A stretch of 64,000 nucleotides of DNA from Parcubacteria group bacterium (GTDB lineage: Bacteria; Patescibacteriota; Minisyncoccia; Phycocordibacterales; CALRHW01), in contig JBCLGW010000001.1 of assembly GCA_039740835.1 (NCBI GenBank), forward strand, positions 27,640 to 91,639, given 5' to 3'. Below are positions 47,828 through 56,951 of the stretch, one piece after another. The position numbers and the translations under genes are program-made. The notes beneath the pieces were generated by a model, which had not been told where the DNA came from, made no database searches, and saw nothing but the letters and a program-made list of their open reading frames with translations. The first letter of the stretch is position 1; each line of letters begins with the position of its first letter.

Positions 47828-49492
47828 TTAGATACTGCCGTAATGACTAATGAGCAAGTTGGAATCGAGGTAATTCACTACACCATCTCGGTTAAAATCT
47901 GTTCTACAAAAGATGTTGCTTGGACAAGTACCAAAAGAAGCCAAAACAAATGCGAGGTCAGCTCCATCCACTCGTCCGTTTTCGTCTAGGTCATAACTAA
48001 TTATATGAATTCTAGCTGGACTCACTGAATCTGGGGCCTTTTTTACTGATAAACCAACACTATAGACTCCTGGATTTAGATTACCCTCACCACCCGAACA
48101 CGTTACATTATGACCGAGAGCAAATGATGCTGAACCCGAAGATACCCTTGCTGATCCAAGCTCACATCTATTTTGACCCATTCCTAAAAGATAGGCACTA
48201 ACTTTTCCTTTAAGATTAATAGATGACCATGTTATCGGGAGTTTGTTACCTAATATAAATGTCGTATCTACCACAGGTGAGGTGATGTTAATTGATGGTT
48301 GACCACTAGGTTGACCACCAACAGCAATGGTTTGTGATGAATTTGTACCACCAGTACTTACCTTAAATGGTGCAGACTCGGCAAACAAGCTTCTGTTATT
48401 GTAATCAGTAACTCGCACAACCCACTCCCCAGAACTATTTAGTAAACCAGTTGGTAAACTTTGATAAGGATATGAGCCAGTGTTGTCTGCATATGAATTG
48501 ATCATTATGAAAGATTTAGACTCTGAACCACTTTGCCACCCACGAATTTCTACCATTACACCTGAAGAAGGAAATTGTTTTCTTGTCCACGTGATAGTTG
48601 TCGGCACGTCGGTGAATTGTGTGCTGTTGCCTGTGACGGTGGGAGCATATTGCGTCGTGCCGGCTTGGAACGGACCGCTTAGCGCGATAGTTTTGTTCGG
48701 GTTGTAATAGTCCGTTGCGCGCAAGTAGTACTTGCCGTTCGGCAAATCATTCGGAACCGTAATGCTAAGCGGTCCGCTTCCTCCCACCCTGACTATTGTG
48801 CTCTGTGCATCGTAGTGCTGCCCTGTGTCAGCATTGACGAATCGTATTTGTGAATTGGCAGGAAGATTGGCGAATGAACCGATGACGTTACCGGAAGAAA
48901 TGTAACTAAACGTAATGCTCGGCGATGTGTTCGTGGTCGGTGCAGTTGGATTGCCAACAGTAATAATGCCGCTACGCGCTGTGTATTGTCCTTGCAATTG
49001 CGCAATTTGTGCTTGGAGTGCTTTAACTTGATCGAACAAAGCCTGGATTTTAGCGGTAACATCCGTTGTCTGTGTAATTAAAGAAGTTGCTGGAAAAACG
49101 CTAACTGTGATATTACGAGAGTCCTGTTCAGCCCCAGCTCCATTGTAAGAAGTTAGAGTGGCAATAACATTCAGCATCGTTGAAGTAGTATTTACGAATT
49201 TTACAGAATAACTATTTGGTCCATCAAGTGCAGAAACTGAAAGTGTCCCACACTGATTCCCCTCAGGAGAGCGTGCTGTAATACCCTGAGGACATTTCAA
49301 CGAAAGTTTATTCGATATACCGTCACTACCGTAAATGAAATCTACGAGATTATTAGAGATAACATTTACTGGTGTCGCACTGAACGACGTGATGTTAAAA
49401 TCAGCGTGTGTAGCGTGTACAGTATTAGAAAGAAAAACTATAGTGGCGACTAATATAATTGTAAAGAAAATATTTAAGTTACGATTTGTCAT
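47828..49492 (-). CDS. Large secreted surface protein with Ig-like repeats and a C-terminal dockerin-like module
   Basis: Signal peptide. 554 aa, Ser/Thr/Gly-rich. The C-terminus DENGRVDGADLAFVLASFG...DFNRDGVVNYLDSNLL follows a dockerin type I repeat pattern. A hairpin terminator follows at about 47765-47812. Confidence 0.5.
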   Translation of the reverse strand: MTNRNLNIFFTIILVATIVFLSNTVHATHADFNITSFSATPVNVISNNLVDFIYGSDGISNKLSLKCPQGITARSPEGNQCGTLSVSALDGPNSYSVKFVNTTSTMLNVIATLTSYNGAGAEQDSRNITVSVFPATSLITQTTDVTAKIQALFDQVKALQAQIAQLQGQYTARSGIITVGNPTAPTTNTSPSITFSYISSGNVIGSFANLPANSQIRFVNADTGQHYDAQSTIVRVGGSGPLSITVPNDLPNGKYYLRATDYYNPNKTIALSGPFQAGTTQYAPTVTGNSTQFTDVPTTITWTRKQFPSSGVMVEIRGWQSGSESKSFIMINSYADNTGSYPYQSLPTGLLNSSGEWVVRVTDYNNRSLFAESAPFKVSTGGTNSSQTIAVGGQPSGQPSINITSPVVDTTFILGNKLPITWSSINLKGKVSAYLLGMGQNRCELGSARVSSGSASFALGHNVTCSGGEGNLNPGVYSVGLSVKKAPDSVSPARIHIISYDLDENGRVDGADLAFVLASFGTCPSNIFCRTDFNRDGVVNYLDSNLLISHYGSI

Positions 49493-49598
49493 ATTAAAAA
49501 ATAATTATAATGCTAATAATTCCTAACAAGACCACTATACCACAAATCAAAGTGTCAAGGTGCCCGCCGCCCTTGCCTCCTGCCGCTCGTTTCCATTT

Positions 49599-49674
49599 TG
49601 GTGCGCGATGAGGGACTTGAACCCCCGACCTTCCCCGTGTAAAGGGGCTGCTCTACCAACTGAGCTAATCGCGC
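49599..49674 (-). tRNA. tRNA-Val (anticodon UAC), CCA encoded
   Basis: Reverse strand reads GCGCGATTAGCTCAGTTGGTAGAGCAGCCCCTTTACACGGGGAAGGTCGGGGGTTCAAGTCCCTCATCGCGCACCA. Confidence 0.8.
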
Positions 49675-49810
49675 GCACTGTCGACACTGTCAACACGGCT
49701 AACAATAAACCATTTTAGGCTTTTTTTCAACTTTTTCGCTCTATGTGATACCGTGATACTATAGAAAGCAAGAAGTCGTAATTATTAGCAATTTTATATA
49801 ATATATTTAT

Positions 49811-50116
49811 ATGCCAGATATAGCAGGACAAATACAAAGACTTATTCAGGATTTAGCAACACATCAGTCAGCAATGCGAAAGATTGAGGTTGATCTCAGC
49901 CAATTGTCTACAAAGAAAACCGAACTTGTAAACTCTATCGCAGAAATGAAACGCGAGTTACCTAAAAAAGAAAAGGAATTGCGTGATTTGGAAACAGAAG
50001 AAAGAAAGTTGGAACAAAAAAATAAGGAATTACAACGAGAAGAGGGTAATATTAGACGAGAAATAGAAGAGCTAAAAAGACAGTTGGAAAAAATGGAGCG
50101 AGAAAATAAAAAATAA
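49811..50116 (+). CDS. Coiled-coil hypothetical protein
   Basis: 101 aa, K/E-rich heptad repeats. Confidence 0.35.
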   Translation: MPDIAGQIQRLIQDLATHQSAMRKIEVDLSQLSTKKTELVNSIAEMKRELPKKEKELRDLETEERKLEQKNKELQREEGNIRREIEELKRQLEKMERENKK

Positions 50117-50118
50117 GC

Positions 50119-50841
50119 ATGACCATTCCAGTTTTGTTCGAAAACAAAAACTATATCATCATCAACAAGCCCGCGGGGCTTGTTGTTCACTATGATGGTA
50201 AAACAAAAGAGCCAAATGTGACAGACTGGGTTCTCAAAAATTATCCAGATATAGCGGGTGTGGGGGAGCCGTTAAAACTTTCTTCAGGTGAGACTATAGA
50301 TAGGCCGGGCATTGTGCATCGCATAGACAGAGATACTTCAGGCACTCTCGTGATTGCTCGCACACAAGAATCTTTTTTACACCTCAAAGCTCATTTTCAA
50401 GAACGCGATGTAAAAAAAACTTACAATGCATTTGTGTACGGTGTTGTAAAAAAGGACGATGACATCATAAACCGCCCAATAGGTCGCAGTAGAAAAGATT
50501 TTCGACTTTGGTCTGCACAGCGTCTCGCTCGTGGTGAACTCCGCGAAGCAATCACAGACTATGTTGTTTTAAACCGAGGTAAAGATGTGACATTTATAGA
50601 AACAAAGCCACACACCGGTCGTACTCATCAGATTCGCGTACATTTCAAAGCCATAAATCATCCAGTCGTCTGCGACAAACTTTATGCCCCAAAACGTGAG
50701 CCGATGCTTGGTTTTTCACGCCTCGCTTTGCACGCTAGGTCTATAGAGTTTAAAGATATAGACGGCTCAATAGTCACAGCGATAGCCCCGTATCCGGAGG
50801 ATTTTGCTAAAGCTATAAAGCTCATAGAAAAACAGGCGTAA
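50119..50841 (+). CDS. rluD: RluA/RluD-family 23S rRNA pseudouridine synthase
   Basis: Catalytic motif HRIDRDTSGTLVIAR, and a C-terminal ..HARSIEFKD.. motif. Confidence 0.8.
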   Translation: MTIPVLFENKNYIIINKPAGLVVHYDGKTKEPNVTDWVLKNYPDIAGVGEPLKLSSGETIDRPGIVHRIDRDTSGTLVIARTQESFLHLKAHFQERDVKKTYNAFVYGVVKKDDDIINRPIGRSRKDFRLWSAQRLARGELREAITDYVVLNRGKDVTFIETKPHTGRTHQIRVHFKAINHPVVCDKLYAPKREPMLGFSRLALHARSIEFKDIDGSIVTAIAPYPEDFAKAIKLIEKQA

Positions 50842-50884
50842 TCCTTGCCAAAATATGGCTACCGTGATACATTAACCGCTACTT

Positions 50885-51337
50885 ATGAATACCCACAACA
50901 TAGCAATTTCACCAGTCTTTGCCGAGCGAAAAAAGCTTGATATTCGAGCTGGAGACAACGTAAAAGTTTGGCAGAAAATTCAAGAAAAAGGCAAAACACG
51001 TTTACAGCTTTTTGATGGTCTTGTTCTTGCGGTAAAACACGGAAAAGAAGCTGGAGGTACTTTTACAGTACGAAAGGTAGCTAGCGGAGTAGGGGTAGAG
51101 AAAATTTTCCCAATATATTCTCCAATGATTGACAAGATTGAGGTTGTAAAACGATCAAAGGTTCGCCGAAGCAAGCTCTATCACATCCGAGACCAAGCGG
51201 CAAAAGAAATTCGCCGACAAATGAGAAACTTGAGAATTATAAAACCAGTAGAGGATGATGCAGTAGAAACAGAATCGGCGACCTCAGCACCAGAAGCCGA
51301 AGTTGTCGCAGAAATTATTCCAGAAGAAACAAAATAA
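50885..51337 (+). CDS. rplS: 50S ribosomal protein L19, with an acidic C-terminal extension
   Basis: Sequence ..IRAGDNVKVWQKIQEKGKTRLQLFDGLVLAVKHGK..FTVRKVASGVGVEKIFPIYSP is canonical L19. Confidence 0.85.
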   Translation: MNTHNIAISPVFAERKKLDIRAGDNVKVWQKIQEKGKTRLQLFDGLVLAVKHGKEAGGTFTVRKVASGVGVEKIFPIYSPMIDKIEVVKRSKVRRSKLYHIRDQAAKEIRRQMRNLRIIKPVEDDAVETESATSAPEAEVVAEIIPEETK

Positions 51338-51339
51338 AA

Positions 51340-51365
51340 AAACGGCCAAGCGCCGTTTTTTGTTT
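51340..51365 (+). terminator. Rho-independent terminator after rplS
   Basis: AACGGCCAAGCGCCGTTTTTTTG. Confidence 0.5.
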
Positions 51366-51423
51366 TCCTTGAAAATTATGTGTTAGTAGGGCATAATGAC
51401 GAAACAAAGGCGCTTGCCTTTAT

Positions 51424-51508
51424 GCCCGGGTGGAGAAATTGGTAGACTTACTACCTTGAGGTGGTAGCGCCGTAAGGCATGCAGGTTCGAGTCCTGTCCC
51501 GGGCACCA
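51424..51508 (+). tRNA. tRNA-Leu (anticodon GAG), long variable arm, CCA encoded
   Basis: GCCCGGGTGGAGAAATTGGTAGACTTACTACCTTGAGGTGGTAGCGCCGTAAGGCATGCAGGTTCGAGTCCTGTCCCGGGCACCA. Confidence 0.8.
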
Positions 51509-51529
51509 GTGCGAGGTTGCGAGATGTAT

Positions 51530-51605
51530 GGTGGCTATGGTGTAACGGTTAACACTGGAGCTTGTGGAGCTCTCGATTCGGGTTCGATTCCCGATAGTCA
51601 CCCCA
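51530..51605 (+). tRNA. tRNA-His (anticodon GUG) with encoded G-1 and CCA
   Basis: G-GTGGCTATGGTGTAACGGTTAACACTGGAGCTTGTGGAGCTCTCGATTCGGGTTCGATTCCCGATAGTCACCCCA. The extra 5' G pairs with discriminator C, which is the His identity element. Confidence 0.8.
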
Positions 51606-51615
51606 TTTAAAAAAA

Positions 51616-51660
51616 GACTCTAGACTAGAAAAAATATGCTAAAGTCTAGAGTTTTTTTGT
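51616..51660 (+). terminator. Rho-independent terminator after the tRNA-Leu/tRNA-His pair
   Basis: 10-bp stem ACTCTAGACT / AGTCTAGAGT followed by TTTTTTTG. Confidence 0.5.
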
Positions 51661-51675
51661 TATATACTTATCTTC

Positions 51676-52260
51676 ATGACTTTTGCATCTTATGTTCTTG
51701 ATTTTATTTCTAATTATGGATATCTTGCCGTTTTTGTTGGGTCTATTTTTGATGGAGAGAGTGTTGTTTTTTTAGCTGGTTTTTTTGCTCACGAAGGACG
51801 TCTATTTCTGCCTTTGGTAATTTTTTATGCTTGGCTTGGTGCAACTCTAAATGATTATTTTTGGTTTTTTCTCGGGCGTTATCGGGGTCAGCAAATTATA
51901 CAAAAATGGGCGTGGACAAAAAAACTCGGTGACAAGTCTGTGGGTATGTTAAACAAAAGCCCAGCTCTCGCATCATTTTTTGTTCGCTTTATGTACGGCT
52001 TACGAACAATTATTCCATTTGGTCTGGGTATGTCTGGTATTTCAGCGCGAACTTTTTTAATTTTTAATTCTCTTGGCGCATTCGTATGGGTTTTCTCGCT
52101 CTCTCTACTTGGATATGTACTCAGTGATACTCTGGAATCTTTTTTAGGAAAACTAAAACACTTTGAAATCGTACTTATCGTGATTGTCATCTTTGTTTTT
52201 GCGTGCATTCATTTTATGTTCAAGTGGATTCAACTTTTTATTAAAAAGGTTACAAAATAG
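51676..52260 (+). CDS. DedA/SNARE-associated family membrane protein
   Basis: 194 aa multi-pass membrane protein. The N-terminus ..SNYGYLAVFVGSIFDGESVVFLAGFFA.. matches the DedA pattern. Confidence 0.7.
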   Translation: MTFASYVLDFISNYGYLAVFVGSIFDGESVVFLAGFFAHEGRLFLPLVIFYAWLGATLNDYFWFFLGRYRGQQIIQKWAWTKKLGDKSVGMLNKSPALASFFVRFMYGLRTIIPFGLGMSGISARTFLIFNSLGAFVWVFSLSLLGYVLSDTLESFLGKLKHFEIVLIVIVIFVFACIHFMFKWIQLFIKKVTK

Positions 52261-52283
52261 TTTTTCTGTGTACTATATATAGT

Positions 52284-53153
52284 ATGAATCATAAAATACT
52301 CATCATACAGAGGGAAAAGGACTATGAGCTCATAGACTCAGGCGACGGTGAAAAGCTTGAACGCTACGGGGCGTTTATTTTGTCTCGTCCAGACCCGCAG
52401 GCACTATGGCCCAAAAATCTACCGAAAGAGTGGGAGCGGGCTAGTGGTGTTTTTGTGAGAAATGCAGAAAAAGCTTGTTGGAAAATGAAACCCAATGTCC
52501 CGAAAGATTGGCAGATAGAGCTTGGGGGTTTGCATTTTATTATTTCTCCAACATCTTTCAAGCACACCGGACTTTTTCCAGAACAAGCGAGCAACTGGAA
52601 ATGGATAAGTGAGCGTATCGCGGGTGAAAAAAGAAAAGTCAGTGTGCTCAATCTTTTTGGTTACACTGGTGGTGCGACATTGGCTTGCGCAAAAGCTGGT
52701 GCTGAAGTCACACATATTGATGGTTCAAAAAGCGCAATCACATGGGCAAAGGATAATGCTTTTGCTTCAGGTCTCGCTGACGCTCCAGTACGCTGGATAC
52801 TAGATGATTGTCGTAAGTTTGTGGCACGAGAAATAAAACGTGGAAAAAAGTACGACGCTATCATAATGGATCCGCCAGCTTTTGGTCATGGCGCAGGAAA
52901 GGAGATTTGGAAAATAGAAGAGCATCTGCCAGAGCTTTTAGGTATGTGCAGGAAAATCCTCAGCGATGACCCTTTATTTTTCCTAATAAACGGCTATGCT
53001 TCGGGCTATTCTGCTATTGCTTATGCAAACAATGTTCTGCACTTGATGCAGGATTTTTCTGGTGAAATAGAAATGGGGGAGCTTGCAATAAAAGAATCAA
53101 AAAGTGAGCGCCTGCTCCCTTGTGGCATATTTGCGCGTTGGCAAAAAAAGTAA
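52284..53153 (+). CDS. Class I SAM-dependent RNA methyltransferase (RlmI/RlmK-like)
   Basis: SAM-binding motifs LNLFGYTGGATLA and IIMDPPAFG. 289 aa. Confidence 0.6.
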   Translation: MNHKILIIQREKDYELIDSGDGEKLERYGAFILSRPDPQALWPKNLPKEWERASGVFVRNAEKACWKMKPNVPKDWQIELGGLHFIISPTSFKHTGLFPEQASNWKWISERIAGEKRKVSVLNLFGYTGGATLACAKAGAEVTHIDGSKSAITWAKDNAFASGLADAPVRWILDDCRKFVAREIKRGKKYDAIIMDPPAFGHGAGKEIWKIEEHLPELLGMCRKILSDDPLFFLINGYASGYSAIAYANNVLHLMQDFSGEIEMGELAIKESKSERLLPCGIFARWQKK

Positions 53154-53776
53154 TGACTGAAAAACAAAGACAAAAAAAGTTTTTTCTATATTCTGTCGGC
53201 GCATTTCTCTCATGTGTCGCGCTAGGGTTTTTTGTGTCACGCGGATTTGTGTCCGACCTTGACCAAGGAGTACTTTCTTTTGTAAAACAAATTCGTACAC
53301 CACTCCTTACTTCAATAATGGTTTTTATCACAAACATCGCCAGTCCGATTTCACTTTATATTCTCTCGGCCGTTTCTTTTGTTGTTCTTGTTTCGTTAAA
53401 TAAAATCCGAGAAAGTTTTGAATTTGTTGCAGCAATGGTTTTTGGTGTCACCATTTTTTCTATATTAAAAAATATTTTTGATGTTGTGAGACCTTTTGGT
53501 GGTATCACCAACGCCTCGGGTTTTGGTTTTCCAAGCGGACACGTTACGATGTCGACAATTATTTTTCTGATTATGACATATGTTTGCGCTAGTTTTTTTG
53601 CGAGAAAATTATACAAAAATCTTTACATCCTAGCATCTTTCTTTATCGTAATTCTCATTGCTTTTAGCCGTATTTATCTCGACGTACATTGGCTAAGCGA
53701 CATTTTTGGAGGCTTATTTTTTGGCCTAAGTGTCGTTTTCCTTTTCATCGCCCTCTCTAAAAATTCAAAAACATAA
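53153..53776 (+). CDS. PAP2-family membrane phosphatase (undecaprenyl-diphosphate phosphatase-like)
   Basis: PAP2 motifs KxxxxxxRP (..VVRPFGG), PSGH (FPSGHVT) and SRxxxxxHxxxD (SRIYLDVHWLSD). The start codon overlaps the upstream stop (TAATG). Confidence 0.7.
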   Translation: MTEKQRQKKFFLYSVGAFLSCVALGFFVSRGFVSDLDQGVLSFVKQIRTPLLTSIMVFITNIASPISLYILSAVSFVVLVSLNKIRESFEFVAAMVFGVTIFSILKNIFDVVRPFGGITNASGFGFPSGHVTMSTIIFLIMTYVCASFFARKLYKNLYILASFFIVILIAFSRIYLDVHWLSDIFGGLFFGLSVVFLFIALSKNSKT

Positions 53777-54624
53777 TGCTTTTACTTGATGGCAAAATTG
53801 CTCGAGATTATTTTTCTTCCGAGCTTCAAAAAACTATTGCTAACTTGGAACAAAAACCATGCCTCGCTATCATTCAAGTAGGCGAGCGTGAAGAATCTAG
53901 TGCGTACATAAAACAGAAAAAAATATTTGGCGAAAAAATCGGCGCCACTGTAAAACACATTTTGTTACCAGAAAATGTTTCTGAAGATGATGTTTGCGAT
54001 AGAATTCAAGATTTAAACACAGATGAGTCTGTACACGGCATTATCGTTCAGCTTCCTTTGCCCGCACATATCGACAAAAACAACGTCATTCAAATCATTG
54101 ATCCGATAAAAGATATTGACGGTCTGACTTCTGTAAATATAAAACTTCTTTGGAGCAAAATGTCTGGACATGTTCCAGCAACAGCGCGGGGCATCATTAC
54201 ACTTCTTGAATATTACAAAATTCCGATAAAAGGAAAAAAGGTGGTCGTGGTGGGGCGGTCTGATCTAGTCGGCAAACCCACAGCGATTATTTTTTTAAAC
54301 AAGGGAGCGATAGTGACGGTATGTCATAGAGAGACGATAGATTTGCCAACAGAAACAAAACGCGCAGATATTTTGATAGTCGCAACAGGAAAACACGGAC
54401 TCATTACAAAAGACTTTGTTTCTGTGGGGCAGGTAGTAGTAGATGTCGGTATAAGTGTTTTGTCGGATAAAAGACTGGTGGGCGATGTGGTATTTGATGA
54501 TGTAAAAAACATTGTATCTGCTATTTCTCCTGTACCGGGTGGAGTGGGGCCAATGACCGTACTTTCTCTTTTTCAAAATCTTTTAGACGCATATTTTATG
54601 CAGGGACACAAAATAGAACTGTAA
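53776..54624 (+). CDS. folD: Bifunctional methylenetetrahydrofolate dehydrogenase/cyclohydrolase
   Basis: N-terminal pattern LLDGK.IA...LAIIQVGE...YI..K, the Rossmann GxGxxxG motif VVVGRSDLVGKP, and a C-terminal PVPGGVGPMT motif. Confidence 0.85.
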   Translation: MLLLDGKIARDYFSSELQKTIANLEQKPCLAIIQVGEREESSAYIKQKKIFGEKIGATVKHILLPENVSEDDVCDRIQDLNTDESVHGIIVQLPLPAHIDKNNVIQIIDPIKDIDGLTSVNIKLLWSKMSGHVPATARGIITLLEYYKIPIKGKKVVVVGRSDLVGKPTAIIFLNKGAIVTVCHRETIDLPTETKRADILIVATGKHGLITKDFVSVGQVVVDVGISVLSDKRLVGDVVFDDVKNIVSAISPVPGGVGPMTVLSLFQNLLDAYFMQGHKIEL

Positions 54625-54692
54625 GCTTTCTCTACCTTTCTCGTCTAAATAGGGTACAATTTAAATAATTATCAATTTAATTTTTATTTTAT

Positions 54693-55514
54693 ATGTTTGA
54701 TAACAATACAGATGCAGGCAAAAGAACGCACAAGCTAGTCATGATTTTGGTGGTGTTTTTTATAATCTTTTTAGGAGCTCAGACATTACGCACGCTTGGA
54801 GGCGCGGGCGGCGTTTTTGGTATCGATGGTATCGATGGTATCAATGGTAGCGAGAAAAACTCTATAAGTGTTTCTGGTAAGGGCGAGCTTGTGGTTTTGC
54901 CTGATATTGCAACTATAACTTTTGCTGTTGTTGAGCAAGCAAAGACAGTAGCTGAAGCACAGAGCAAAGCTACATCAAAAATGAATTTCACTCTTGATTC
55001 ATTAAAGGCGCTCGGTATTGAGGAGAGGGATATAAAAACTACAGATTACAATGCATATCCTAGATACGAATATTTCACTCAGGTTTGTACTCAGTATAGT
55101 TGTCCGCCGTCAGGAGGTCAGACTATTGTTGGCTATGAAGTGCGACAAAGTATTTTGGTAAAGATTCGAAAGATAGAGGACGCTCCAAATGTTTTGGCTA
55201 CTATCGGCAAGGCAGGAGTATCTGATATCAGCGGACTAAACTTTACAGTAGACAATCAAGATGAAAAACTACAGGAAGCTCGACGGCTTGCTATTGAAGA
55301 TGCAAAAGCTCAAGCAAAAACCCTTGCAAAAGATTTGGGAGTAAAGCTCGGAGATATTATAAGTTTCAGTGAATCAGGAGACTATCCTATGCTAATGTAT
55401 TCTACAAGAGATATGATTGGGGGAATGGGGGGCTCTGTAGAATCTGCCCCACAACTTCCGACTGGTGAAAACAAGATAATTTCTAATGTGACTATTACGT
55501 ACGAGATTAGGTAG
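54693..55514 (+). CDS. SIMPL-domain (DUF541 / BP26-like) periplasmic protein
   Basis: N-terminal transmembrane segment. Sequences SVSGKGELVVLPDIATITFAV... and later ..ITYEI match the SIMPL pattern. Contains a GIDGIDGING tract encoded by a 9-bp tandem repeat at 54823-54849. Confidence 0.65.
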   Translation: MFDNNTDAGKRTHKLVMILVVFFIIFLGAQTLRTLGGAGGVFGIDGIDGINGSEKNSISVSGKGELVVLPDIATITFAVVEQAKTVAEAQSKATSKMNFTLDSLKALGIEERDIKTTDYNAYPRYEYFTQVCTQYSCPPSGGQTIVGYEVRQSILVKIRKIEDAPNVLATIGKAGVSDISGLNFTVDNQDEKLQEARRLAIEDAKAQAKTLAKDLGVKLGDIISFSESGDYPMLMYSTRDMIGGMGGSVESAPQLPTGENKIISNVTITYEIR

Positions 55515-55606
55515 TCTTAGCCAAAAAATAAAAAGTGTCTAAAAAGAGTACGCGTAAAACGCTGGTGCGTTTTCGCTCCGTCTCGGCTACCCGCCTGCTA
55601 AAACTC

Positions 55607-55635
55607 TTGACATACGACTAATAAGAGTGTATAAT
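55607..55635 (+). promoter_or_regulatory. Perfect-consensus sigma70-type promoter (TTGACA, 17 nt spacer, TATAAT)
   Basis: TTGACA at 55607-55612, exactly 17 nt spacer, TATAAT at 55630-55635. It drives the structured leader of the 55807 gene. Confidence 0.5.
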
Positions 55636-55806
55636 AGTAGTATAAGTTCTTTGATACAAACTTGTAAGTGGTCATAGCCAAAAGAGCCTTATTTTTGGGC
55701 TTTCCTGGCTATGACCACCAACGTCGGTGGTACTAGCTTTTGTTGCCACAATTCGTGGCATTGTGTCCAATGGGCACAAATAAATACCGACTATTAGTCG
55801 GAGAAA

Positions 55807-56412
55807 ATGGAAAGTACTATGTCTATAGTGAAGTCTACAATGAAGTATGCGGATGTAAATTTGGGGTTTGTTGAGGGGGTACTGAATAAACTCGGGGGAA
55901 TTGAAGGAGCTGAAAGGTTTCTTCGTGGAGAATTTATTCTCACCCAGTCCTCAGTGGTTTTATGTATCGTGGACGGCAACGCCGAGCCCCTCTTACAAAA
56001 AGGATGTATAATAGTTGAGCACGACAAGCAGGGTAATCTCACGCTCAAGCGTGAAGGCGACAATCTTTTGGTTAACGGAAGGAAGATTGAATTTTATCTT
56101 TCCGAAGACCAACAGAAAGGACACAGCATTTCTGGTTACAAACTCCAAAAGGAACTAGCAATGAAACCGGTTCTCAACTCCAACCTTCTTGATGGCTTAC
56201 TGGCTAATCCAGAGCTCATCCCAGAAAGTTACAAGAAGGACGCAGATGGCGAAACTCGTCTCATCTACTTTTGGGGAACTGTCTACCGTACCTCCTCCGG
56301 CTTCCTCTGTGTTCGTTACCTGTATTGGGGCAACGGTGAGTGGCGCTGGAGCAACCGTTGGGTTGGTGGAGACTGGTTCTATAACCAACCTGCGGCCTTG
56401 CTCGCAAGTTAG
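55807..56412 (+). CDS. Hypothetical protein with a Trp-rich C-terminus
   Basis: 201 aa. No recognised family. The C-terminus reads YLYWGNGEWRWSNRWVGGDWFYNQ. Locally higher GC than flanking DNA. Confidence 0.35.
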   Translation: MESTMSIVKSTMKYADVNLGFVEGVLNKLGGIEGAERFLRGEFILTQSSVVLCIVDGNAEPLLQKGCIIVEHDKQGNLTLKREGDNLLVNGRKIEFYLSEDQQKGHSISGYKLQKELAMKPVLNSNLLDGLLANPELIPESYKKDADGETRLIYFWGTVYRTSSGFLCVRYLYWGNGEWRWSNRWVGGDWFYNQPAALLAS

Positions 56413-56740
56413 TGCTTCGGACTTTGTTCCTTGAGTCTTTTTGATTATTTGAACTTAGTCCTTCGCAAACGCTTTGAAGAATAGCGTCTTAAACTTCAAC
56501 CTCATACAGCGATGTGTGAGGTTTTACTTTTGTATATGATAAAATATTGAACGGCAGTAGGTGAATATGCGGTAGATTAAGATTTCTCACTACCGAGACC
56601 AATATCCGCAAGTTGAGATCGCCTGCGATTACGGTTTCAGACGGACAAAATCATTTGACACATTTTAAAAAAAGAGTATTATTGTATTTGTAACGCCTCT
56701 GGGGCGTTTTTTAGTAGGGGAATTAAACTCCGCAAAATCT

Positions 56741-56920
56741 ATGAAAATTATTGATTACATCAAAGATACACGAGCAGAATTAAAGCATGTTAGCTGGCCA
56801 TCACGTCGGTTGACTATTGTTTATACTATTATCGTTATCCTTATTTCTCTTGCAACCGCAATCTTTCTCGGTTTTTTTGATTTTGTATTCGCAGAAATTT
56901 TAGCAAAATTTGTTATTTAA
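56741..56920 (+). CDS. secE: Preprotein translocase subunit SecE (59 aa)
   Basis: Manual ORF MKIIDYIKDTRAELKHVSWPSRRLTIVYTIIVILISLATAIFLGFFDFVFAEILAKFVI. It has the SecE single transmembrane helix plus the KxVxWP motif and sits directly upstream of nusG. It was missed by the track because it is under 60 aa. Confidence 0.6.
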   Translation: MKIIDYIKDTRAELKHVSWPSRRLTIVYTIIVILISLATAIFLGFFDFVFAEILAKFVI

Positions 56921-56951
56921 GTTGGAACACTTTTTAGTGTTTTAAACATAT

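Noticed and set aside
51383-51601. 72-aa minus-strand ORF
   Set aside because: It covers the tRNA-Leu and tRNA-His genes. Spurious.
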